From the NCBI GenBank assembly GCA_965285935.1, contig OZ260664.1:4030001-4094000 (forward strand): 64,000 nt of DNA, read 5' to 3'. Each line of letters begins with the position of its first letter. Position 1 is the first letter of the stretch. Shown here piece by piece: positions 1 to 12,556 of the stretch. Under the pieces are notes generated by a model, which saw only the letters and a list, made by a program, of their open reading frames with translations, searched no databases and was not told the DNA's origin. A program made the translations under genes and the position numbers. The stretch is from Ophelia neglecta. Its lineage: Eukaryota.

Positions 1-1639
1 CCAATAAAGTTTGCAATACCTCAACTTCTTACCCGAGGTTGGCGACCCGCCAGAATTTCATTACATAATAATTTGCAAAACTTATACCATGTCTCGTCTG
101 GTTGCTGACAGGCCCTATAGTTTTCAATAACATGAATCAGTATCAGGACGGTCTGGGATCAAACTTCTTTTTTCGTGAATTGCTCTGGCATATTATTAAA
201 GGTATTCCTTCTTTAGTGACACCTTTGTATTTAAACTGTTTTTTTTTCTGATGATGATTTCTCATCGCCATTGTAGGAATATGAAACTTTCATAGTTAAA
301 CAGAATGGTAAACAGTAATCTGTATTCTTATGCTTCGATTGCAGTGCCAAAATACCCTCAAAACTCTATAAACGCAGGATATAGTGACAGAATTAAATAC
401 TGGATTCTTCACTAAACCCACCCCACCCCCACCCCCACCCCCATCTGGAACTTTTAAGTGCTTAACGGTGAACATATGCTCTTGGAACCAAACCAAATAT
501 ATTTTTCCAAATTAATAGCACTGTCACCTATAAGATGCGTTTACATGATACAAATCAAGTCACTATTATCACCCAAATACTTTCCGCTTTCAAAATTATA
601 TATACTATAAAGTGTCGGCGGTGTGTAAAAAACTAACAATAATATACGTTCCAAGCAACACTTTAATATTTGCTGTGTTTTCATGTTTATCCTTGGCTCA
701 AAATCCATTTCGGATATCGAGCTAACAAAGTCGTGTTCATTATCATTATAAGTGCAGTTTTGTGTGATTGAGCTGGTGGAAGACCTACTTCCAGAACCTG
801 TCTGCTGAAACTGCCTGTCCCAAGACACACGTTGTCTGAGGATAACCAACAAAGATTATTGACCACTCTTGATGTACTGTCATGGTTCTTCATATTATCT
901 AGGAATGTCCTTCTGGACAATATATCATCTTGTTCACTATAGCTAAAAGACCGGAGTGGCTAAGCTCGTAGCAGACTATACATAGTCAGTAATAATCCAT
1001 TAAATAAGCGTGAAATCCTCGTGAACATCCAGCTGCAGGCTCACAAACTATCATCAGCGGTTTCTTACTGTACATAAGCTATGAAGGAATCAATACTAAC
1101 CATGTGAAATAGCTATCACTTGCAATGAGAAGTGGATAACCTCTTAAGAAGAAAGCAGACTATCATCCTTGATCCGGTTTCCGGGAAATTTGTGAATCGG
1201 TAGTGCCGAATTTCTACCATTACCCCAGAATTTGTGGCCATTTCGTTAGGCCCTTAAGCGTTATCATTATTTAAATTTGCATGTGTATAAATATTAATAT
1301 GTAACCCGGATGAGATGGTTAATAGTCATAGTTTATATTAGAACTCCTTTGGAATTTGTCAAAAGCGAGGTGATAATAGTATTGTTGTCTAGTTTAATAA
1401 TCAACCGATAAATGCATATATTACTGTACATTACATTGTAAGCTCTCGTCTATTTAGGATATAAAAACTATAAACACATATATATGAAAGAGTAAAAGAA
1501 TACGCAGCTTTGGCGTGAATAATAGATGCTATTGAATTAAAATCCCGCATCATTCACATTTTCCTCAAATGTTGGCTGGGTGCAACGTCAGAATCTCCTA
1601 TAATTGAAGATAGATAGTTTCGATATCTGTAATCGAACA

Positions 1640-1723
1640 CAAGATTTCCTACTCGAAACTCAAGATTTCCTACTCGAAACTCAAGATTTCCTACTCGAAA
1701 CTCAAGATTTCCTACTGGAAACT
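1640..1723. repeat. Minisatellite, 4 x 21-bp unit CAAGATTTCCTACTCGAAACT
   Basis: Units start at 1640, 1661, 1682 and 1703; the first three are identical and the fourth has one substitution. Confidence 0.95.
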
Positions 1724-2377
1724 CGAACTTAAGTATTCCTATGCTTACTACATATGAAGACGGGTCGCAGGTCCTTTTTCCTAATATCATATAATTTATA
1801 TATGGTTATTATTGAATATCGCTTTATCATTAAATAATGTAGGAAACCTACATCGCAACCAACCTCTTTTCCTCTGCATGCATTTCCCCCTGCATGCATG
1901 CATTATACTCCCAATTAAACACGTTGATTTCAATCACCGATGCTTATTCATATCTCCTTAAGAATCTCATCTGATTATAGATATAGTGATTTCTATCATC
2001 GTATGTTGATCAAACAATTTATATACCATTAGAACACGCATGTTGGTGTTTGGCCAAACAGGAACCGGAATTTACCAAGTTAGGTTTTAGAAACTTTACA
2101 TGAAAGAACATTCATGATCATTTGAAAAATAAATAAGCCAGATAATTGCACAAAATCACATTATAATATACTGTCTTACTGAAACGCGCTCATTGCAAGT
2201 AAATCTATATTTTTGAATACCTGCAGACGGCCACCCCGCAAAAGGGAGCAGCTTTGCTAACTTAATTTAAATATCATTATAATTTATCTGGGAGTTCAAA
2301 TCATGGACATATAACATAATTTACGTCTGTTTCCCTGGCAAAACAAAAGAGAGAGAGAGAGTGTGTAATAAAGGCAG

Positions 2378-2493
2378 TAATAGTATGGTATTGAGACTTT
2401 ATGACCTGATAGACCCATGAAACTTGGCCTTTGCACTTAATACAATTTTGTCATGGGTCTGTTAGGTCAAAAAGCCTTAATATAATACTATTA
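2378..2493. mobile_element. Small foldback/MITE-like element (imperfect ~44-bp inverted repeats)
   Basis: Left arm TAATAGTATGGTATTGAGACTTTTATGACCTGATAGACCCATGA matches the reverse complement of the right arm (TAATAGTATTATATTAAGGCTTTTTGACCTAACAGACCCATGA); spacer ~30 nt. Confidence 0.6.
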
Positions 2494-2857
2494 ATACATA
2501 ATTAGGGTACACAGTGCTATCCATCTGGCTTACACGAAGTTGAAAACAAATATTGATTACATATGTCGTTGGATGTTTAAAAAAACGAGATGTAGGTAGA
2601 GACCATGATTTACTGAGGTAAAACAATGAACTTTAACCCCGCCAAACAGTCTGTCTGCTAGACAGCTATACGTAGCTGTTGACAGAACTAGGCCGTTGAA
2701 TGTACACAGCATCCACTCTTGTGCCGGCTCTGTTGCTGACTATGCTGTTTCAAGTGGCTGGAATGCGTGTTTACTATGAACGCATGGATTATTGGGGATA
2801 CATTTGCTTATAATTCAATTTGAATTTTAACATAATTAAACATTTGATACGAAAGTA

Positions 2858-3096
2858 CTGGGCCCGGTTTCTGAAAGCTGCCTTAGCTCATAATCCGATA
2901 AAAATCAAGTGCTTAATCAGTCTTAACTTGTTAGTAATTGTCGTTTCTAAAAGCTGGATTTGGTTTAAAACATAGTTATTTGTAGTCTTACGTTTATACT
3001 TGGTCACTGGAAACACTGATTAACTCGGTCTAAGCTAATCGGGGACAAGTTGATCTAATCCAAAATCTAAAGACCTCTTCCATAAACGGTGCCCAG
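2858..3096. mobile_element. Putative MITE (Harbinger-like ends)
   Basis: Begins CTGGGCCCGGTTT and ends AAACGGTGCCCAG, an imperfect short TIR with CWG at both extremes; no ORF. Family assignment is tentative. Confidence 0.45.
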
Positions 3097-4228
3097 GAGA
3101 TAGAAATTAAATGAGTTTATTCAGAGCAGAGTATATATGCTGACGTATAAATCGCAGATTCATAGCGGTAACGATCCTAACTCTACCTTTTTTTTTATTA
3201 TGAAGGGTCATCAATTTTCACGCCTTGGACGAAAACATTCAGCGTGACGAAGATAACTTATCTGCCAACGAACTCAGCTGAATTTATTGAGTGAGCCGTA
3301 ATCACATTTCTATAGGCGGTATATTCCCATGGCTGTAGCACTCTGGCCCAGAAGGCGATAGGAATGCCAGTGAACGATTATAGGCGCAATAACACTCACA
3401 AGCGCAGGCCTCTCTGCGGGAGTTGCGTACAAGTGTGCTGGAGTTTCAAGAGTGTGTGTTAAAGAACAACTGCTCCTTACTGGAATGTAGGCAGTGTAAA
3501 TCACTTCACACTCAGCAGTCAGCTTGATAAAACCACACACATGTCATGAGATAAGTTTGTTTATTACTCCCGGATCCCGTACGCTGGGTGTTGGGTATGA
3601 ATTAATGTTGGCATTGTTTACTATTGAAAAGTCAAAGCCATTATAAAACGAGAAGGTGAGTTCCTTATTTTGTTGTTGTAAACACATACCCATCATTTGC
3701 TCCATCACTGAATATTCGTAATACCGGATTTAAACTGTGGTTGGGACACCAAGCCTTCAACAAATTACGAGGACATTTTAAGAATATACTCCTGGATATA
3801 GGTGATGTATTATTTATTGTTGTTCAATAATAAAAAATACATACCCCAGCAAAATAGATACGAATGCATGGCAGTATGATACACAAGGTTGTGCATCATT
3901 CTGTTAAAACATGTTTCGCTGTATTTTCTAACCTCGCTCCTCTCAACAGACATTCCACCTGTCAAACATTTATTGTTGAACACCTCTTCTTATTTCGCTA
4001 ACAACCGACTGCCGATTGATTAATCCGCCCTTAGCTTTACCGTCACTTTGGTCAATCATACCCAGGCACTCGATTCTAAAGGTTGCACATTAATTGGCCT
4101 GGCATTAATGTACATTAAACATGGTCATGTAATATGTCTCCGATGGAAGTCGAATAAAATAAATGAAATGATAGGTATGTTATTAGGTGATAAATGCTTT
4201 GGGGCTGGGGTTTGATATATTTTGATAT

Positions 4229-4438
4229 AATTACACTACATTCGTCATGAATTACACTACATTCGTTAAGAGTTACAGTAATTTTGGTATAAATTACAGT
4301 ACATTCGGTACGAATTACAGTACATTCGGTACGAATTACAGTACAGTCGGTACGAATTACAGTACAGTCGGACCGAATTACAGTACAGTCGGTACGAATT
4401 ACAGTACATTCGGCATAAATTACAGTACATTCGGCATG
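4229..4438. repeat. Minisatellite, 10 x 21-bp unit (consensus AATTACAGTACATTCGGTACG)
   Basis: Exact 21-bp period from 4229 to 4438. Central units are near-identical and edge units more diverged. Confidence 0.95.
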
Positions 4439-4644
4439 TTTGCATTTCATAATTAGATGTTGTGAATCGCATTCGACAAATTGCCACAATAACCCCTGTC
4501 ATGTAAATCTACTGAGTTTGTGTGATTGGAATGCGAACTTTACCAGGCTCTCACAATTGCCAAAAAACATCGTGAAAACTGAAACAGAAAAATCTTAAGG
4601 AATATTGCATCGTTCGTGCAATAGACCATCTGTGCGTCTACATG

Positions 4645-4811
4645 TATAATATTGCTTATACAGGAACAAGAGGCTACAGACGCTTGAGTAATACTGTTAT
4701 ATCATCGCTTATACAAAAGCTAGAGGCTATAAGCGCTTGCCTCGTTCTGATATAGCATCGCTAGTACAAAAGCTAAAGCCATAGAAGTCTGTCTCATACT
4801 GATATATCATC
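4645..4811. repeat. Degenerate tandem repeat, ~3 x 53 bp
   Basis: Units start at 4645, 4698, 4751 and 4803 (partial) and share TATA.CATCGCT..TACA.AAGCTA.AG.C..A. Confidence 0.75.
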
Positions 4812-5772
4812 TTAGTTTGCAGCAGCAGGTTTTGTTACATCAATCCCAATTAGAAGCCACTTTAGCCTAATTTGTATTGCGCTTCAGATGAGGGATATGG
4901 CCTGTATTAATTTCCTCGTACATTTTCTTCAATTGATATTTGTTTTCGCCTTTAAACAAATGATATATTATGAACCTGTCATGCATATATGTCTTACCTG
5001 TTAGTCATTTTCGGCCCTATTGGTTTTCTGCTTGGCAACTTCTTTACATTTAAGAAACTTGGAATGCATATTTGTGGGTCTGCAGCTGCAAACAATTGCT
5101 TGCCATTTAGTTTCGATTTAATAGATTCCATCTGATTAATGTGTTGCATCAGCTGCCGTGTACCCTCTCACATTAGTTAACACAACCTGTCGCGCCGTTA
5201 ATCCTCAACCAGCCCAACAGCGATACCAACATAAAGTCAGAACAGTTATATTTAGTTTTTAAAGAATCCCACATTACAGACATTACCGTGGCAACTTTTG
5301 TAAACATATTGGCTGAAAAATACTCAAGACGTTACCGTTAGTAGGGCAATAGCTGTTTACGAACTGTACTCTTGTCGCTGAGTAGGGATACAGGGGAATG
5401 TTCTATAGAAATTAAGGCTTGAAGAGCAGGAAAGCTTCCCGATAATCGCCTTAATGTCACGCTTGCAAAAATGTCCAGATCTACCGTATTCGAAATATGC
5501 AAGTTAGTAAGTATTTGTTGTTACATAGAACGCCTGACATATATACACATAACCAAAACATACAGATAATATATTACATAGCTTGTTATCAGATGTGAGT
5601 AGGGAAAATCATAAAAAAAAACATAATGAAAATAGGTAAAATTAATAATTAACATCACCATGTTATCACAGACAATATATCCGAACATTTAGGAACATAT
5701 GAGAGAGTTTGAATAGTTAAAAACAGAGAGTACTAAACAGTAACCGCCTTTTAATCAGATTGAGTGGCCGTG

Positions 5773-6007
5773 GGCTTTGTGTTAAAAGCGAAAGCGAAAG
5801 CTGCGGCGAAAGCAGCTGGGCCTCTTAAAATGAGCAAGTATGATCAAGTATGATCACAATAATTACTCAAACCTTACCCCCTTGTATCAAGAACAAAACC
5901 GAAATGTTTGGGTAAGGGTTGGGTTATAAAATGACGGATATTGTAGATTATTGTGCTACCAATGCTGCTTTCGCCGCACCTTTCGCTTTCGCTGTTAACA
6001 CAAAGCC
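5773..6007. mobile_element. Mutator(MULE)-like MITE, 44-bp TIRs, 9-bp TSD
   Basis: TIRs at 5773-5816 and 5964-6007 (GGCTTTGTGTTAA.AGCGAAAGCGAAAG.TGCGGCGAAAGCAGC, 2 mismatches). Perfect flanking direct repeat GTGGCCGTG at 5764-5772 and 6008-6016. A 9-bp TSD is typical of MULEs. Confidence 0.9.
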
Positions 6008-6879
6008 GTGGCCGTGGCATCCGAAAGAACAGCTTGATTAGGCAATCAGTCCAAATATCAAAGCAACACGCAAAGTGCTGATTTGTAGAGCCATGAGGGC
6101 GATGGGAGATTCATTGAATTACCGTGGTTTGGGCGGATGTCGTTTAAAGAGCATGTGCTCTAAAGACGGTAAAACTTCAAGTAGGAGATCGACTTATGGT
6201 GGAACACCGTTTTCCACTCCCCATCGTATGAGGAACAACGCTTATAGCACAAACCGTCCCTCTAATATAACCAAATACGGGAGTGGATACTCGGAAGGCA
6301 GAGCACAATCATCAATCACGAATAGTCCATTAATCAGTCCGATGTTATCAGGAACCAGCAGCAACTAGCCAACACAACTCATTTAATCAACGATCCCAAA
6401 GAGAAGCGTGACACTGTGACAGATCTATAATATGCCTTTCCTTTCTCAGTCCTTGCTTTTTTGACTTGCCTCTCGACTACGCAATTACTGAACGAACACA
6501 TAGCGGTTCTCGGAATAAATTTGAAAGGTCAAGCGTTTGGGTAGCGAATAACACAATAGACAATGGCGTCGTGGACAGCGATGAGTGGACTTTCGGTGAA
6601 CCTAGGTTTGAAATAGTGACTTTCTTGGGCATAACATTTCTAAACCTATAATATCACCCACAAAAGTAGAAACCTTCCTCTGAGTTGTTAACCCTCTTGC
6701 CACACACCACCCTTTGTGACTCTTGATAAGGTGGTAAAATGTTACCCTTTCTCTGCAGCTTCAGCAAGTAGTGACCGCAGTAGGGTCTCTACACACCGAT
6801 AGACAGATGATTAATTTTCCTACTACTACAGAAGGTACGTCCTTTAAGACATGAAGTCGTCATTAAGTAGACCAATTAT

Positions 6880-7620
6880 GAACCAACGCAAAATGAAACG
6901 GAGTTTGTTGAGCTATATGGTACTTTTTAAGAGAAAGGTTGATGGGCTCGTATATTCAGCACTCGTGAATGAAAAAGTTTCTGACAATTTCCCGCAGTAT
7001 TATAGAGGGCACCATGCTGTCTATGTTTTTATACACAGTGTCTTACATAGACATACCCGAATATGTGGGTGACATCGGTAAGAGCCTTCTAGTCAAAGGG
7101 GTTGATTAGGGTACTCCTAAATTGGCTGACGACACGGCTCTCATGTCACCGACTGTATCTGGTCTCCAGCGAGTGTTGGATGCTGCCGCAAACTACTCAA
7201 CCAAGTGGAGCAAGGTGATAGCTTTTGAGGAGTCGAGGCTTGAGAATGGAGACTTTGCTAAAAGAGAAATTGGGTTTTGTATTGCAATAAGCTGGAGGAG
7301 ACGGACCATGAAATTCACTTTGGTTTAATTCTATGATTACACTTGTCGTCGGCCAACCGCAAATCATTAGCACCCAAAAAAATCATTAGCAAGCCGGATA
7401 GTTAGGCTACAAATATCTGGAATGTCCGCTGTAGATGTAAAATCGAATTGCTTAAATCCCATCATGTCAGCTGGACTTGGGGATAAAATATGTATTCAAT
7501 CTTTCTGATACGGGCCGGATTATAAACTCGTTGTCGAACAAGCAGAAATTACAGCTGGAGCGTACCCAAACATTTGTGGCTAGGTCTATACAAAATTTAT
7601 TAGAAAAAAATTACTACAAA
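6880..7620 (+). mobile_element. Decayed non-LTR retrotransposon RT fragment
   Basis: LADDTALMSPTVSGLQRVLDAAANYSTKW from 7122 matches the LINE RT xADD..LLS....LQ..L.....Y...W block, and is preceded by an LS.FLY-like block. Frames are broken and boundaries approximate. Confidence 0.6.
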
Positions 7621-10600
7621 AAGACACTAGTTGATGTTGATGTTTCTATGGAAATTGTGTCATGTGTCACACTAGCACTTAGCCAGTCATGTGTTTGTAA
7701 TTAGATTTAATGCGCGTCTTCATCTTGTAGAAAATAAGTCCGGATGTAAAAGGCTTTATACCAGACATTGTTCATTTATGCAAAAAGTTTAAGACACTGT
7801 GAGTTATTGTATTACGCTGTGAATATTGTATCCCTGCTTTTCTTGTACAGCAACTGTGTTGATGTCATTTGTGTCCTGGAGACTTCAACAATAAAATGCC
7901 CCTTCACTTACTTATTCTCTGATGGGGATAAAAAATATAAGAATGCCATCAGTCGGAGTGAAGCTGGGTATACTTACTTAGTGTGATTGGTCCTTATTGT
8001 CGTTCCAAGTACAGGTATTCATATGGCACACCTTAGTGACTATTTGTACTAAAGTGTCATGTGCAGTCCTAGCATATAGATAATAATTAATGGCGTATAA
8101 ATATTAACTTATCTTGTAGTGTTCTCTTGTTAAGTTAAAAGTAGAAAATTAACAAAAAATCAATCAATCAGGCCAGAATAGCGACAAATGACTAAGTATA
8201 TATCATACTATTTTCACAGGTTCCGAGACGGTTGTAAAAAAAGGCACTTTACCTGAATCAAAGTAATGTTGTTAAGGTCTGTGTACCCGAGGTACCGCCC
8301 CCCTCCCACCCCCTCCATCCCACAGAGCGACAAGCAAATGGAACATCGCTGGTTGGCAAAAGCGCTCTAACGAGGATAATATTTTGCCGTATTGATTGTC
8401 AATATATTGGCGTGAAAACCCTGCGTAGACGTTTTATGATGTATTTGATTGATGGCATACAGCCCGTGGGGTAATCAATGGTAAACTTAAACTTAAAAGT
8501 CAGACCTAGAACTAGTTCGGATTCTTGCCGGGTGCGTTCTCACATAGCTCCCTCGGGCACTCAATTAGATTTTTTAGGTTTCCTTTGGCTTCTGAAAGAA
8601 GTCAACCGACTTGTTACCAAGGGAAATCAATCAAGCCGAGTCTGGATTAGCGCATGTCCTGCAACAAAAGGGGTGGCCTTGATTTGTCTTTAAAATCCAA
8701 CAACTAGGTAAACATGCTAGGTAAGCTTTTTCATATAGATTTCCGGAGTATGGTATGAGAATTTCATAACAATAAAATACACTGGCAGTGGATGCCTTAC
8801 TGTTAACATGTCACCACATCGTTAAAACAACGTCCAGGGAGGTTGCATTGCTGTGTCTCTGTGTCACGTGATGGACATTCTTGTACAGATATATATGTCG
8901 AACAGATTATTTTCTGGTCAGGTGTGGAATACTTTATATTCTGTAATAACTGCTGGTGTGAGTGGATATATAAGCAGTTATATGAGACTGATGAAAGGGC
9001 AGAATAGTTGTTTAATCGTAGACTTGTGGCAACACTAGGTCCCAGGAAAAAAAACAGTGTATAGCCCAAACGTAAATACAAAGCAAACAAAAGCTCATTT
9101 AGTAAAAGAAGGAAACTGATACTCGATACACTAAATAAAACAATATGCTTGTAATACCCAATCACGTGTCAAACGATCGCCAATCTAAGAGCTAAGTCAC
9201 TCTCGACCCGCCATCAACAATGCGTCTAGTGATATTCTAGCTTATGTTAACATTTAATCGTTTAAAAGACACACTTTTATAACACATATTTACTCGCTTG
9301 TGGGCTTAAGCGCTCAGCAGTTATCTTGAGAAACATACTTAGTTACGTGAGACTCATGGTAAACATAAAGTGAAATGAGCGCCCTACGGTAAAATAAAGA
9401 CGGCGGGACTCTTAAAATAAACGCAAAGGAAACACTATGTGGACCTAAATTCATTCACATATCTTAAGCTACCATGTCTCGTGGTAGTTTATTCGTGCGC
9501 CTTTTCTCCTAGCAGCTCATTCTTATGCCGACAATAACTGAAACTAGCGGACAATTCATTGGAGACGAAAACAGGATTCAATAATAAAGCAGAGGTCACC
9601 AAATACATCGGACGCCACAGAAAACCACTAGAAACAAGCTATGCCTATTAATGTAACACTTTGTTATTGATCTTTTAGTCAACTGCACATACTTATTATT
9701 TTTCATTTATTCCTTATAGCATAATGTACTAGCAGCTTAAAGTTTATGACATTTATGCTCTCATCCTAGGTTCGTTTTTGCTATGGAAGTGTATACCTTT
9801 TCCTGTCCCGTACATACTTTACCAGATACAATGTACGCGGCGAGAACATGTGATTCATTCAGCATGCCTGTTTATTAAGTGAAAACACCCCTAGTACTGT
9901 GCACAGTAAGACTAGCTGCTTAGTGATACAAGGTGTATGGAGTGCCTTGCCGTCCATCAGTCAGCACATCAGACCGACACATACCTGTGCCAGGTACACC
10001 TACCTGTTGGCAGACTTACGGGCTGCAGCACAGGGTAGAATGTCAAGTGTGGGCATACGTGCGCGTTGAAAGCTAATTTACTACACTGGAGATATGCAAG
10101 CTAAACCACACATGTTGTTTTTTGGCCTGCATTTCAAATTTACAGGTAATCGGCTAGGATGCATACGACTTCCTGGGTAATTCTTTCAGTTGAAGGTGAT
10201 ACGTTGATAGTTTAAAATGTGGCATTCACAAAATGTAATTCAGAATGGGATATTTATTAACTTGACCTTTCTGTTGTCTATTTCCAGATGAAACAACCGG
10301 TCTCACTGTAAATACCATTGTGGAGGGGGTAGGAATTAGTGATGACCCTTACTCTATACAAAGCAGGATAGTTTTGCTGTATGTGTTGATCTGTATGCTG
10401 TATGAGTCAAATTTCGAACTGGTATAGATAACCCGCTTTTTAATGTCACAAGATGGATCAAGATGGATATGAAATCTTATATTTCGACCCCCCCCCCCCC
10501 CACACACACACACTCATTTTACCTATGACCCCCTGCAGAAAAAAATGAATGTAAATGCCAACTGGTACACTCAAAAGCACAAAAGCACATCCCAGTTTTA

Positions 10601-12556
10601 TGCACAGTAATGCGGCCACTTTAAACCTAGGGTGGCTGCACTATATCAATGGAAACAGTTATCGGCGGCGAGTGAGGCGCATGAGAACAGCGCAGCTTGG
10701 CGCAAATGCAGGAGCGCATAGTTCTGAGTGCGAGTTGTCGATCGTGTAGTGAGAAGGCCGGAGACTGCGGTCATAAGTTGTTGATCCATGGTGACTCATC
10801 TATGTGTACTTCTCGGTGTGTGGATACCAGGGAAACGCCACAATGTTAGTCAAGCATTTCGCTGACCTGTAAGCGGTGCATTAAAAAGGCTTTTAGTCTG
10901 AAAACCATTTGTTTACCACGCAGGGGACACTCAGGTGGACACAGTCTTGCTTAAGGCAATAATGTCAGCTCCTTGGACATGATGAGTAAGCCATATTCGT
11001 TCTGATAAATAGGACATAAGTAGTATGATAGAATCGTTTGCGTTGCTACTCGTTCGTCTTATTTCAATGGGTTGAGTTGGTAAGATTTATAACACTCTCG
11101 AGTATGATGACCATATATGTTGCTTAAACCATGATTTATAATTAAAATATCTAAGAGTTTGAAATGTATTATTTTGTATTATGTCCACGAAATCATTCTT
11201 TTGTTTTCTCTCTTGTTGCATTATATAGTCACAAAATGACCCTTTAGGCATGGGATGAAGTTGAACCACCAACTCTTGCATGTGGGTTTAGCAATGTCAC
11301 ATATTCACCTCATATAGCAATGTAAATTTTCACGTTAAGTTTTATCTTACTTATAAAAAACGTATGCACGGAACACAACATTTTCCCTATTCAAGCAACA
11401 TATATTCGGTGGACCAGACATGTACTTTGGTAATGCCTTCTTCCAACGTTATGTAAAAGTACTGTATATCCATTTGGTATGTACCCGAGCTCATATGTTC
11501 TCCTTAAATTAATGTTAGAGCTGGTGCAATCTCTCTTTACCCCCACCAGCCGCCCCCAAAAACGTACGTTTAAGAGAAAATGTATGTTAGCAAACCATAT
11601 TAACCACTTCATTTATACACGGTGTTGATCTTCATATGAGAAACTGTTACGGCATATTTACAGCTAGCACGATGTCGCTACCTATACCCAGCCATCAATG
11701 TAAGCCCACGACTGCTTGACAACATGTAATTGAGGTAGACATGGCAATATAGACGCAAACATAACAGCAGCGAGCTTGGTGGCTTCAACCATGTGTATAA
11801 CATGGCGCCAGATTGTGTTTTACATTGACATCCAATCAATATAATGCTATTATTTGCTTAGCTCTTGGCGGTTTCCCGGATGAAGTATCTTTGAGTACCA
11901 CCACCCAGTTGTCTGGGAAAACCGCATACATCATACGGGGCAGCATATATTGTGTACATTCCCGGATACAAACATCAGGTTGGGCGAAAAGGAAATTATC
12001 GCAAATAATAATTCGGAAATAATGCTTATACAAGTTTACCCTCAAAAAGGCATTAAGTGTCCTTGACCTAATAAGAAAACCGATAGACGAACACTGTTTC
12101 TTGACCTTTTGTCAGTCCCGCTAATTATTAAATATATAGTGAACTATATGAATTACATTCAGTTTTTGTTTATCGTACTGTGGGTTATTGCCCTTAACTG
12201 TAAAACTGAACTATGTTTATGTTTTGCCAGTCCTGGAGTAATTTTGTATCTAATTTTATCGACCGATTATGTTAGCGCAGAGTTTTTTCTATATTATTAA
12301 CTAATGATGTTTATAGAGTAAGTGTATATGCTTAGAAAAGGTTTAATATGGGTATGAATGTGTGAAGTCGATCAATGTTCTACCCAAATTTTTCATGACG
12401 TTTTATAATTTATCTAGCCTACTCTTTTTGTGGATGAAGATGAGGCTTCGAAATAGAACGAAACATAATAATAATCTGAATAAATTTTGATAAATTACCA
12501 TAATGAGGGTTTAAATTACCCATATAAAATAATAAAATTTTGATTTGTCCGAGTTC

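Noticed and set aside
541-950. Possible terminal exon on the minus strand (TCTTTTAG acceptor near 943, Ser-rich ORFs)
   Set aside because: No recognisable domain and two competing frames; it cannot be supported without transcripts.
4115-4502. ORFs with repeated Cys motifs (CTVIRTD, YCNSYR) and the LEFRVGN repeat ORF at 1554-1790
   Set aside because: Artefacts of 21-bp (7-codon) minisatellites, which are open in several frames.
8853-9038. YMSNRLF..QVWNTL...ITAGV resembling a LINE RT segment
   Set aside because: A single short resemblance with no neighbouring motifs.
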